Below, piece after piece: positions 38,075-50,699 of a DNA stretch of 64,000 nucleotides. Under the pieces are notes generated by a model. The model did no database searches, had not been told where the DNA came from, and saw only the letters and a list, made by a program, of their open reading frames with translations. The DNA comes from Dicyema japonicum. Lineage: Eukaryota; Animalia; Dicyemida. The position numbers and the translations under genes are program-made. The stretch lies in contig RDEW01000061.1 of NCBI GenBank assembly GCA_011109175.1, positions 186,001 through 250,000 of the forward strand, written 5' to 3'. Within the stretch, counting starts at the first letter, position 1, and each line of letters opens with the position of its first letter.

Positions 38075-39229
38075 TTTTATTTTTATTAATAATAATTTAT
38101 TATTAGACCATGCGAAGATTTTTCGGAATTTTATTATTCAAGTCCCCGGATATGCAAGTATGGTAGCATTGTTATTAGTTAGACATGAAGGCAGGCTCGG
38201 AAATTCTCCAAAAACTCAATTTGAAAGCAGAAGGTGGTTGACAGAGAAACAGGGGAAAATAAATTGGATTAGTTTCTAGATTATTACCGCCAAGATATAT
38301 TTTTTAACTTTATATAAATGATTTCAATGCGTCTAAGACAAGTTGGACTAAAGGCTAAATGAATACCTTTTAAATTTTTTATTTAATTACTACATTTGAC
38401 ACAGCTGTCAAGGCTAATATATTATAAATTTCAACATCAAGAAAATTATCCACGTGGTCTTGATGACATGGTCAAGTCTTATATGTGGACTCAAAATAAA
38501 TAGGCATGTCGCTTCAAAGTCGTTAATAACCATATTTTGACATCCATTTTAATTGTTTTATTTTACGCCATGAAATAAAATAAAATTATTACAAAAACCA
38601 AAGTAAAACCTAATTAACTAATTACGTGATCTTGACGCTTTCCATGTATACCCGTCGATATAGACGAAAATGTTATGGAAGCTAAGTATTTAACAAGAAT
38701 CGTCATTTGGGAACGAATTTGTCTCATATTGGAATTAAGAAATAGATCATTTTGCTTCCTGCTATTTATAGTGGGTCTTCGTGTACAATTGATCCGATTG
38801 CGTCACTGACAAAAATTAGAGATATCTTCAATCAGGTTGTTATTTTTCTTTAAAATGATAAGAACCTAAGCTGCAGAACAATCAATAAAAGAAGTTCTTT
38901 TCATGAGCTGGTAGATGTCTATTAAAACCTAGTTTCCGAATTCTTCCGACGTATCCTCTGCTTACTGAAATAACTTGGAAGCGTTCCCATGTAGATATTT
39001 TTCACTTGAAATAATTTTTTTCAGTTTACAATTGCGGACTTTCAGACTAGTTTTGTCATCTTTTACAAATTTACTACCCTGAATTATTTCCATCCCTGAT
39101 AAAAATCTTATATTACTCGGATCCCCAGTCACAGTGTTTGCAATGGAGAGATCTATAACGAAAAGTAACAATTATTGATGGATTCTCGCCCGTTTGTGTC
39201 TACTTGACGTGCCTACATAGTTATTCTTC

Positions 39230-40170
39230 CTGAAGAGCAGTCTAAATGTGCATAACCTTGCATATGTCCTGAGGATTGCTCTCTATTTCACCCAATGTGA
39301 TCAACTCGTTCACATTGACAGAATCTTCTGTTCAACGAAGAAGTGTATCTATAATGTCCGGTTTGAGGAAACCTCGTGGAAACAAGTCGGACATTTGGAA
39401 TTCGCAGCTTTATAGATTTCCATACATATATCTCGTCATTAATGGCCTGTGATACACTTATCAAGAGGATTCTACACTTCTTCCCCGAATTCTTTACTGA
39501 CCAGGACGTCTGTCATACATCGTAAGGCATGGAGCGTTCCTACCTGTTTTTCCAACTTTCCTTGAACTCCCAACGAGATCTGGACGATGTCGCATGCCGA
39601 AAGTCATTCGAAGATCTACTGGTGCCATCTAACCAACACTGCCGTGCTTGTTTATGTCGGGGTGTCTCCAGAACGTGGAGCCTGCTCAACACCATTCCTA
39701 ATGAAGTTTTGGGTAGCTTTCGAATGATGAATGTGTTCGTATTGGGATTTCATACGATTCGGAATAAAAGTCTTGTGCCGCATCTGTGCGGAGACCAGAT
39801 GATTGTTTTGGCTTACACCTAATCTCCTGTAGGAAGTGTGCTAATAGATCTCCAAGACACATGACTCGATGAAGTCGTTAGACGATTGACACATTCGCCC
39901 CTTGCAATCTGTCACTGAGAAGGCAGAGATGTCAAAACAAGCAAAGTACGCGGTCCTACCCGAAGATTTTCTATTTGTTCCGCTCGCGGTTGAACGTCCG
40001 GTTCCCTTGCGCCTGCGACGCTGGAATTCCTGAGTCGTATAGGGAATCGGATTTCTACACGAACAGGAGATATCTGTGAGCGGTGCTGGCTATTTGTGCT
40101 AATCTCGCTCGCCATCCGAGAGGTATAGCTGCGTAGTCAGGGCGGATGCTGTATGACCCTCGACTGAGTG
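39230..40170 (-). mobile_element. LINE ORF2 C-terminal remnant
   Basis: ITGH...KCPTCFHE....HFF zinc-finger-like C-terminus. Confidence 0.55.
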
Positions 40171-40589
40171 TTTCTTTGTTACTTTTAATTATAAAAAATA
40201 AATAATTAACTAAAAAATGACAATTTTTTAATATCTTTCTAATCGATCCTTGGGCTCGCGACGTGTTATTTACTATATTTTTGTTTTGTTTGTATTGAGA
40301 ATTCTGTCATTTTAGAACTTTTTAAAATCTTGGTCACCCCAGACCCAGTAAATTACGTAATTGTTTTCGATGAATTATATCCATTTTCATGAGATCTTGC
40401 TATGTCACCCCAATGTATCCGGGTTGTAAATAAGAACCTGCTTTATATTTATAAGGTTTCCTGTCCAGTGACGTCACTTTCCTGGTCAAGTACTCCACTG
40501 ACCAGACAACATTCCTGTTATCTTATTAAAAAATCTTGGAGACGAGAAAGTCACTTTTCTAACGTCGGTTTTCTAATATTCGATTAACC

Positions 40590-40811
40590 AGAATGTGATA
40601 CCATTATTATGGAAACAGGCACTAATACGGCAAATATTAAAACTAGGAAGATCGAGAGATGACCCAGCGTCTTTTAGATCGGTGTCATTACTATGTTCCA
40701 TGTCAAAAATTTTGGAGAGGCTTGTGCTCGGGAGAATAAAAGAATTTTTCCCGGAGAGGCTTTTTCAACATGCATTCAAAAATGAGAGATCCACGTCTAC
40801 ATGCTTGCAAA
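40590..40811 (+). mobile_element. LINE RT, left part (split by the hAT)
   Basis: WKQALI...PASFRSVSLLCSMSKILERL...FQHAFK..RSTST. Confidence 0.85.
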
Positions 40812-42458
40812 CAGGGTTGTCATGATTTTTATAAAAATCGAAAAAATCTGATTTTTTTGATTTAAACAAGATTTTTTGAATTAAATGATTTTTATTCGGA
40901 AACAAAGTAAAATAAAAATAAAAACAATGGAAATCGTATTTATTTATTTAAAAGCTTGTAAACAAAGACAAGTTTGGCAGCTTTTTCAATTCCCAGCCTA
41001 TTTCGACATTTGAATGTAAGAATCCAAAAGTCGAAAAAATTCGTTCTATTCCACCTGTGGAAGCAACTGCTCCAAGATTTTTTTTGCAGAGTGAAAGTAC
41101 TTCAGAAGGTGGTAAGAGTTCGAATCTCACCAATCTATAGGGTATACTTTGATCAATCGGAGCGAACATGTATAGTTTGAATGGATCAGCTTTTGCTCTG
41201 AAATTAATCAAAGTCGGAAGAGCATATTCATAATGTTCAGCACAATACTCGAAGGCGAGGTCAATCTCAGCAGTTGAAAGAGATCTCCCACAATGTGTTG
41301 GGTCCATTAGAGCTTTTACTTTTTCTAAAATAGTCGTACATTCATAGTCAATATAAGTCTGTTCAAGATCTCTCCAAATTTTTACAGCATGACTAATTGT
41401 TGTAGAATCATTTTGAATTTTGTCTAAAGGGACAGCAATTGGTTTAATCAGCCGCAAATATTCTTCAGAGCGTCGTTTTAGGCAAATATTTTGTACTCTG
41501 GAAGCAAAATTATAGACCAATTATACAGATAAGATAAAAACAGTCTGATAAAGTATTCCAGCGAACATCAATCTGAAGAACAAGTTTTTTTCCTCTAGCA
41601 GATTGTACCATGCCGCTGGAAGATGGACGTTTCGAAAGTATTTATTTATTCATACGATGGTTTCTTTAACGTCAGCTACTTCGACATCCTTTGAGAGAAG
41701 GTTGAGATAATGTGCCGAGCAACCATATGTAATAATTTCATCGTCATCTTGCATCATTATCCGCCTCATTTTAGTCATGTTGGCAGCATTGTCCGTTACA
41801 AGACTCCCGATTTTACATCCAAACCGTTGCTCGGCGGACTTTGCAGAGGCTAAAGCAACAGATTGAAGATACTCCGCGGTGTGGCTATATCCAGAGGTGT
41901 CCACTAGATACTGTCTTGTCCTGGAGGTTTTGCCGACAGTCTACATGTATTTTGTCGTACACACGATCGAGCAATGTACCACCAATTTGATTACGAGAGG
42001 GTAAAAGCTACTCAGGAAGAAGCATTTGGACGAATTTGACAAATTCCGGATGTTCTACAGCAGCAAAAGGAGTGTTACTGGAATATATGTATCTAGCGAG
42101 TTGCATATCAATCAAATTTTTCATCGTCGTCGTAGTAACGAAATTGATTAAAGACTGGTCCCTCATCTTGAGGAATTGGCTGATCAAATCACTTTCAGGA
42201 TATCAATATTAGTTCGACATAACAAATGATGCTGCCTCATCCGAGATGCGAAACCTAATACCTCTTCCCGCAATTACGGCATCTGGCTCGACTCCCGGTC
42301 TTTCCAGGAATAATACGTTTATCGAAATGAACCCACAAGGCATCACGCTTTTTTCCAGACATTAAAACATTTTAAATGATTTTTTTGATTTTTTTAATGA
42401 TTTAAATCATTGATTTTTTTGTTGATTAAAATCAAATGATTTAAATCTAACAATCCTG
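40812..42458 (-). mobile_element. hAT DNA transposon with BED finger, DUF659-type core and dimerisation domain, internally decayed
   Basis: TIRs CAGGGTTG / CAATCCTG; 8-bp TSD CTTGCAAA / CTTGCAAC (7 of 8 match); LWVHF...RARCRNCGK, LVTDNAANM, GCSAHYLNL, ASTGGIERIFS. Confidence 0.92.
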
Positions 42459-43560
42459 CTTGCAACATTGACAGACTTCATTCGAGTCGGATCCATAACC
42501 AAGCCGAGAAACTTTAAAACAGTGCTCTGCTCGATTGACATACGTAAAGCTTTTGACTCATTCTCGAGGAAGATTCTATCGAGAAAAATATTTCAATCGG
42601 AGATCCCAAGGAAGCTAAAGCTTTGGATCACTAACTTTTTAAGTGGAAGAAGGGGACGTGTTTGCCTCGGAGGTCTGAAATCAATCTCACGGCTCCTCTC
42701 AACGGAGTCCCTCAAGGATCTCCTTTATCCCCTGCTCTGTTTAACCTCTTTCTGGCTAATCTCCCGACTCTTGAATCTGATAATGATGTTCTACTTTTCT
42801 ATGCGGATGATATTGTGTTGGCTTTGCGAGATCAGCACATCCAGAAGGCCACAGAAAGAATACAAATTAACCTGGACAGGCTTAATGCTTGGATAATGGA
42901 AAACCGGCTCGTGATAAATGTAGAGAAGTCTTCTACGTCACTATTTACCGCTGACAAAAGATTGGGAAAAAGACAGTCACCTTGAAGTTAAACAAGGTCG
43001 GCATCCCTTTCAATAGATGTCAAAGGATCTTGGGTGTGACAATTGATATGAATCTCTGTTTGATATCACACGTAGAAAACATTCTATTGAAATGCGAGAA
43101 GAAACTGAACGTATGAAAATGTTTATCGGGAATATGGAAGAGTGGTACTCACCCAGTTTTGATGAACGTGTACAAACAGTACATCGAACCATGTTTCTCG
43201 TATGCATGCGCCTCGTGGGGACCGTCCATATCTTGGACAAATATGAGGAAATGAGGAAATGCAAAAGAGGGCCTACAGAGTAACGGAGCGTTGGATTTGT
43301 GAAAATCACTGAAATACGCTTCTGGAGACCCTATGAGACTAGACTCCAGATCATGGAAGGCCCATGATTTAAGATTCCTGTTTCTTTCTTCTCTCCCCTC
43401 TTCTAATAGAGTGGCGGCATGTAATCTACCTGTCTCCGTTGGCGCCAACCAGAGTGGCACGAAAAAGGAACACTCTCCCACTCCACTGCAGAGATTCCCA
43501 CAACTGCAAAAAATGAAGATGTTTACATTTATATGGTTCTGGATGGAATTTTGTGGCATT
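42459..43560 (+). mobile_element. LINE RT, right part and 3' end
   Basis: SIDIRKAFDS, NGVPQGSPLSP, FYADDIV; continues the sequence of 40590-40811. Confidence 0.88.
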
Positions 43561-44759
43561 AAAATATTATATTTCTAAATGAAATTTATCGATTGAATGT
43601 CTAAAGTAAAAATTAATAGCTTATCCATCCCATATAGTTTTTTACTTACTAAGTTTTCTCAATATTTGTACACGGTTTGATTTGAACCAAGGTTCTTTGG
43701 TTTGGAACTTCGACTATTAGAGATCTCCTTGTTTTGTCTGCGGACACGAAAAGTACAATTACATTATTATTATTATTTAAGCCAAAGAAACACCGTTTTA
43801 ACCAATAACTAACATACACCGTGAAAATATGTAGAAATTCTTGCAATAGTCGTCACATCAACCTTCCAACCGATTAACTAATTTATCAATTTCTGTAAAA
43901 TTAATTATCATGCATAATCACTAAAATGAAGTCCATAAAAAAAACTCTCTGTGAATGGAGCAACCACTTCAAGGTCTTTCCAAGTAAAAGGACACACAAT
44001 TCAAAACCCACGTACATCTACCAATGACATGAGCAGAGATGACTCCATGAAATCATATGAAATGCATTATAAGAAAATGTAGATGTTAAATAGAAAGTCA
44101 GGAATCTCCTAATACTGTGTTTTCCTAAAGATATTGGTGATTTTTGTTATAAATGTTATACTCTATATAGAGATTCTATGTACATATTAGTTTCGATTAA
44201 TGAACCACCAATTTTTTCGATCCTTAAAAAATCTTTGTTATGAAAAGGAAATTGAAGACCTGATTTTTATTTTGATAATGCCTGTATTCATCATTATAAG
44301 GACAATAAAGAATTGATTGAAATAGCAAACTTCCATATTCTATATTTTCCCTTATTCATCATTTCCCAATCCAATTGAGAATTTTAGCACGTGGAAAAAA
44401 CATGTTTTCCAGAAAAGTGGCTGAAATGTCAAAAATTAGAAAGGTTGTTTTTTACCTTTAAATTTAGTGACGCTATTGATCGGGAAAGTGACGTCATTTG
44501 TCGGGAAAGTGACGTTAATGGTCTGGAAACTCCATCTGAGTTGTATAGCGTTACTATGTTTGTTTTTATAAGTTTTCGTCGACTCCATATATTCTGCATT
44601 TTCTTATACATAGCAGTGGCCAGAACTATTTTATTCATCATGTCCTCACTATCAACAGGAATCCCAATTTCTTATTTTCCCTCCAACTGTCATTTTTAAT
44701 TCCCTTGTGATTCTTATGTGTTCAGTCTTTTCCTGATGTGCAATTAAGCATATTTATTA

Positions 44760-44990
44760 TTGAATAATGATGGAAACTTTTGGAAAACGTGGACATGAAC
44801 GCTTTTGTAGATCTAATAATTACTTAAATAATGAGAACAGATCATTTTTAGAAAAAGGTCTAGAGTCACTTTTCCTGTGACTTTAAATAAGGTTCTTAAT
44901 GGGATTGGAAGAAAACTTGCAGATACAAACGACAGGGGCTGATGGAGATGTCTAGTTAAGAAAATTTTGAAGTAGTATAAACGGACCTTA
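44760..44990 (+). mobile_element. RTE 3'-end remnant
   Basis: Homologous to 8000-8240 (...GIGRKL...DRG.WRCLVKKI). Confidence 0.6.
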
Positions 44991-45797
44991 GTTAACTTTT
45001 TTGGTTCATTGTACGCGCCTTTTAATAATAATTAGAACTTCTTGTGAGAACAACATAAATGAAAATTAGTGCACCAGCATAATTATGATCATACAGTTAA
45101 TATCCGTTATGTATTTTTGTGAGCTAAAGAGATAAATATCATGTCTAAGATGAGGTCACAGCTACAACGCGTTGTGATCACTCTATTTGTTAATTTGGTT
45201 TTACCGTTGTCTTTGTAATTTTTTCATTAAGTCAAAGCTGCTGTGAAAATTGATTTAATGATTATTCAAATAATGATTTTTCATAAAAATCACAAACATT
45301 TCTCTATAATTCACGTATGCTGAATCGTATATTGATTATCATTGAAATCCGAATGTGCATAATAACGTCAACGTTCATATGTAATGCGGATCTAATTCAC
45401 TGTTTATCTACATCATTTTTAAATAATTCAAACTTCATAGTACTTAGTAATTTTGAAATATTTAAATTCGAAAAAAATAAATTAACCACAAAAATTTATT
45501 TTAAATTTGGAGTAATTGATCAGAAAAATTGTGTCAGTATTAAATGAATTCAACTAGTAATATTTCTGACCCAGATACTGATCTTTTATACTAAAACAAC
45601 GAAATCAGGGTTATTATTAATAGCAAAATTAATTAGAAGCATAAAAAGGTATATTTCCACACATTAGGTACCAGAAACAATCCTCTCGTCTTCCAACTAT
45701 CCCTCCGCTGGAGGAAATGTTTCACAAAACCATTAATTATCAAGAAAACTTTAAAAAATTCTCCAGAATAATTTAATTTATTAAAATTATATGAAAA

Positions 45798-46258
45798 TTA
45801 ATTTTTAGATTTAAGTTCGGAAATGAGCATTCTAAAACCAGCAATCCACTGACTGACCTAAAAGTAAACCCAAAGTTGACCTCCTTAACATGATCAACAA
45901 CCAAGGCCTTGCAAGTATCATTAGCATTTCGGAAATCTGATTCATTCAAATCTAAAAGCAATTAAAAGCATAAAAACAAACAATTTATCAGATTAAACAA
46001 ATGTTTCTTTACTGGTTCACACAGCTGTCCTTTAGTCCACATATCGTTAAGAATTTCAATCCTTTTAGTGATTATGGACTCCTTTGTGAGACCTTGAGTG
46101 AGTTTTTTCACTGCTTCTGTAATTTCAGTTATGTTAAGGGATGAAGGAAGAATGCTTGAGTCGCTACTGGAAGAGTCAGATCCAGATTTGACAGAAGCTG
46201 CGTATTGATAAGATATTTTAGGTGGGTCATTCCAGCCACGATTTATTTTATCAAACAT
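45798..46258 (-). CDS. SRA1: Steroid receptor RNA activator 1 protein (SRAP), 2 introns (30 and 23 nt)
   Basis: RGWNDPP, KRIEILNDMW..G.L..PVK, spliced C-terminus DHVKEVSQWIAGFRMLI. Confidence 0.9.
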
Positions 46259-46669
46259 AAATATGTGAACGTGTGAAACCACACTAAAGGTTAAAAACTA
46301 TTAGTAATTTAATTTTTAATATTTAAAATAATAATTTTGATTTATATAATTTGTATTTGATGATAAATTCAACTTGTGAAGATTTTCATTATGAAAATTT
46401 TTCCGCCTAGAAATGAAGTGATGTTTGCGACAGTGGGACGTGTGATAAAAACAGAAGAGGGTGGACCTACTTCTCCACCTCTCTTCGAAAGCGGAAGGCT
46501 ATAATGGACTATTGGAGAATGGAATGGTCTGCGCAAGAAGACGTTCTTTATTAGGTTCCTTCCTTTGATTAATTAGTTGTGACTGTTTGTGCTGATCTTA
46601 CCGAATATTGCAAGCTTGGGGTTAATAAATAAAAGATATAGGTAAATAATTGATGCTTTTAATTTTAGG

Positions 46670-47010
46670 TTGGATTATGACAAAATACTACACAATCGAC
46701 CAACCAGAATCCTTTTGTTCTGAAGGACATCCGGGTAAACCTGGCTTGTCTACGATGTGGACCCCACTCCTCTTTACCGACCTACTTACGTGAATGATGC
46801 GAAAGATGTCCTCTACTTCTTTTGCAACCTCTCTGAGTTGACAGGAAATCATTTTTTGAATCTCCTGAACATTTACGCTGTCTTCCTACCACACCAAATT
46901 GATCAATCTATGAGAGCGGCTGGTATTTGCTGCGTCGTACTTAATAGCAATAGCCGCTGATATCCTACGAGTTAGTGAGGCTAAGGTAACTTAACTAACT
47001 GACTAGGTTG
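46670..47010 (+). mobile_element. LINE 3' end
   Basis: Terminal GTTAGTGAGGCT.AGGT.ACTTAAC shared with 57690-57730. Confidence 0.7.
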
Positions 47011-47643
47011 GACGAGACGTCAACCCCAAGTGTCATGCCCAGTTATTCATTAACAAAATATCGAGATTACGAGAAATAAAGAACATTATTATCTGAGGAG
47101 ACATGAACGGAAAATATCCACAATTGCTCATAACGAAACAGACCGACAGCTTAGGAGAATTAATACTAGTTTTCTTGTTGACATGACCACCCTCAACAAT
47201 TTAGATTTCCATGCAAAATCCCCTCGACAATTATTGATACACACATTTCCGGATTTTATGTTATGTTCTCCCTTATAAATATGAAAATCTACTTGAGCCT
47301 CCAGTATTGTTTCAGTGACCATAACCCCTAAATGTTCGAGGTGTACGGCGAAATTAAAAATTTTTACGAAAGCAAACGTTGGTTAAGTGGTTCAATAAGC
47401 CAGCGCTTCTCTCGATAATTCATTTTCGCCCAATACTATTAAGAAAGTTAGTGAACTACTCTCAATGATTCCTGAGGTTTTGACTACGACTGGTTCAAAA
47501 ATGAATTTCCATCATCGAGTGATTAAAATTTAATATGCAATGAATTCACCAAAGACGAATTCACTAAGAACCACCAGGACGAGTCTGCGATAAAGAGAAA
47601 CAAGATAATGTTAAAATAATAATTAAATATTTTAAAAAATATT

Positions 47644-47712
47644 ATGTCACATAAGTGGCTTGATTCCTATGGGCAACCTGTTTTTACGTGTTTCCATAGT
47701 AACAAGATATCA
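47644..47712 (+). repeat. Left arm of an inverted repeat, contains an RFX X-box (47690-47703)
   Basis: ATGGGCAACCTGTTTTTACGTGTTTCCATAGTAAC is inverted at 48819-48855. Confidence 0.75.
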
Positions 47713-47889
47713 ATTGCTAGATTTAACAAAAAATTTATTTAAAATAATAAAAAAAATTATTTTTTAAATCTTGGCATTAAGACCATCTTCTTCCATCAGA
47801 AAATTCAACCAATACATAAATTTGAAAAATACCTTCGGCGGATTTTCCTTTCTGTAGCACAACGCAATATCCCTAAGCGCGTCTAGAAA

Positions 47890-48430
47890 TCCTTTTACCA
47901 TACTAGTCAATCCAGGCGCCTATTTTTGCCCCTGTAGTACCTTCTCCGTAGCCTTTTGATACAGGGGCATCTTGAATGGCTCTCCCTGTGTCCTTCCTCG
48001 CCACAGTTCACGCACTTGAGAGACCTGACTTTTGATTGGCATGCCTTCCTGGCGAATTTGGACCCCCGCAATTCAGATCCTCTCTGCCTCTGCTCCAGAG
48101 CGAAGCCAGAACTTCATGGTCCGGAGTCTTTACCCCTCGTTGTAAAATCCTACTTGATGTGTTCGACTACATTATCATCTACGAAGTCCAGGGAGACTCC
48201 GAAGACTAGCACTATTGAATCCGAAGCCTTAGGAATGACCCGTGACATGTTATGTGCCAAGGGCCCAAAAAGTACCTTAGTGTTGACCTCAGCTTCGAAA
48301 GCTGAAGCGTCGTCCTCATTCCTGACAAGTATGATTCTCCGCGTTTGTTAACTCTTCCTTTGGCATAGGTAGACAGAGTACCTATGCCGCACAGGAGCTT
48401 AACGACCCCACCTTCGGCACCTCTAAACAA
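47890..48430 (-). mobile_element. LINE ORF1 (gag-like) remnant
   Basis: LKCVNCGEEGHRESHSRCP zinc knuckle. Confidence 0.7.
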
Positions 48431-48810
48431 CTAGTCTAGTTAGTCCCACTCCAACCAGATTTCAACTTTTCTGTCTTTCCTTTCAAGAAAAGTCTAAATT
48501 AAATCAGAATTAAACTTATCGTTTTTAAGCGAAAAATGTGAGGACTTTTCTCGTACTCCCCGTTTCATTTGAGTACTTACATCTTCAGGATCGATTCCAC
48601 ATAAGATATGTTTAATTTTTTCATATTCGACAAGATCTCTGATATACCCCCTAAATTGAGACATCAAAAATCACTAAATCCATGATGTTAAAATTAAAAG
48701 AAATCAGGTTAGCCATTTAATAAATCAGTTTGTATTAATTTTTTTTAGAATTAATGAATTAGTTAAATGTTGTTCTTATAATAGTTACAAAAAAGTCATA
48801 TTATGTAGTA

Positions 48811-48862
48811 TATCTCTGGTTACCATGGAAACACGTAAAAAAACAGGTTGCCCATGTGACAT
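48811..48862 (-). repeat. Right arm of the inverted repeat, contains an RFX X-box (48819-48832)
   Basis: GTTACCATGGAAACACGTAAAAAAACAGGTTGCCCATGTGACAT. Confidence 0.75.
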
Positions 48863-49273
48863 GATATGTTTAGAAAAATGAAACCATGTTTATGAAACAA
48901 CTATCGTTATTAGACACAGGAACATAAATGTTATGTCATCTTATACTTGAAGTTTCTCTCAGTTATCCATCCACTAAGTTCTTTCAATTTTGGCCCAAAT
49001 GAGTCTCTAACTGAAAATTACATGCATCCACACTTCCTTGGTTCATAAATCGGTTTCTGATGTTTCCTGAGTCCAGCACCTATCCATGATCATGATTTGA
49101 AGGAAGATATGAAGCTAAGGTATGCTACTACTTCAATTTTCTGACCAATTAACCACGTGGTTAACTGGTTAATCCATCTTTCTATAAAATAAAATCATAT
49201 AAGTTGATTTATCTTTCGTAATCAATCAATCTCTTCAGATCATATAAATTTTTAACTTTTTTGACTTAGTAAA

Positions 49274-49522
49274 TTAGCTAGTTGAATCTATTCCCGCGTT
49301 ACCCATAAACGTATGAATACTTAGGGATCCACTTGTGACGTGATCTTCACTATACGTTCTACAAGTTTTCTTGATGTAACTTTCCTCCTCGATGTATGCA
49401 CAATCCTGTTTAGTTTTCGAAGCTGGTCTTTTGACGTTGAAGGTTGCAATTGTAAACGAGACAGAATGACAGAATGAGAGCAAGATAAAGACATAGACAT
49501 TACTAGAGGGGTCACCACTCAA
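49274..49522 (-). mobile_element. APE endonuclease N-terminal remnant (RTE-like)
   Basis: SFTIATFNVK parallels the start of the RTE ORF. Confidence 0.5.
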
Positions 49523-49958
49523 CCTTCTTTTTTGACTTGTTAAAGAAAAATCATAAAATTTTTATAAGACTTGAATCGATTACTTGATCGATTGATTCTT
49601 TGATGATTTATGAAATTGTATTTTCAAATCCTTCAATAAATTTTCAATGAACTTAATATAAAGTAGCCATTAATATTGATAACATCCAATAATGCTGTAA
49701 CCTAGCGAAATTAAATCAATTTTATCAAAATCTTTATGATTAAAATATTTTTTATCAGAAAATATTAACAGACAGCACCTGCACATAATAAACCTAATAG
49801 TTAATATTTCATATAATTAGCTCTTTGATTTTAAACACGTGCATTTCTATTATCAAAAAAATTAACTTTACTTTAATCACACCACTTCAATCATAAAAAA
49901 TGAGATAATCAATAAACGCATACATATTAAAAGTAAAGTTCGCGATAGTTTCTAAAGA

Positions 49959-50243
49959 ATGAGAAAAGAATTAAACAAAAATCCAAAACGTCTGAGGGCT
50001 AAATCAAAGAGAAAGAATGCGAATGAAGACTTTAAATGAAGCTATGGAAGAATTAAGAGACAAATTACCATTTCCAAAAGAAACGGTGAGGCTTCCAAAT
50101 GTGAAATTCTCAATTATTCCATAAATTACATTCTTTATTTGGTGGATAAAATGAACGGATGTAATTCAGCATCTAAAGAATACGTTTCAAACTCACAAAA
50201 GTATTCCAATTATTTATATGATACATTTAATAAGAAAATCTAA
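49959..50243 (+). CDS. Neurogenin/atonal-like group A bHLH, with two compensating 1-nt indels as assembled
   Basis: Corrected reading KRLRANQRERMRMKTLNEAMEELRDKLPFPKETVRLPKCEILNYSINYILYL. Extra A at 50001-50003, missing A at 50097-50099. Confidence 0.8.
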
Positions 50244-50699
50244 ATTATGATCAGAATTCATTTTGCCCGTGGGATAATCAATATTTTGCTTATCCTCAAC
50301 AAAATATCTATAACCAAAAATCATTTATCGAAAATGGAAATTTCCTTATCCAAGACACGATATAACGTTTGATGACTATGGAATGTGTCCACAGTATTTG
50401 TAAAATAATATTTCCAATTTTTGTAATTTTCGCGATAAATAAAGGGTTTGTTACTTTAACGTGTTTTTTTTATTTTGGTTGTTTATAGTCTAAAATACTT
50501 AACAGAATATTTGCTATTTACTATCCTTCATACTAGTTTCTGTAATCTATACAGAGTGAGAGTACGATAGAGACAAAGACACTAATAGAGAGGTGTCAAC
50601 CACTAAACCAATAATCTTTAATATTAATAAAACCGCACTTTTGCAGCACCAAGGGTCGCATGTGCAGTCTACAAGACACAAGAGACGTTAAATCAATCA

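Larger units (their letters stand above)
31575..38500 (+). repeat. 5S rDNA tandem array, unit ~1.9 kb (three full units plus partial ends)
   Basis: 5S genes spaced 1914, 1899 and 1899 bp apart with near-identical spacers; repeated spacer ORFs at 33166/35065/36963 and 33844/35743/37641. Confidence 0.97.

Noticed and set aside
43650-45760. Possible additional micro-intron genes (43650-44700 minus, 45300-45780 plus)
   Set aside because: Intron-like 19-35 nt segments exist, but no stop-free model or family motif could be established.
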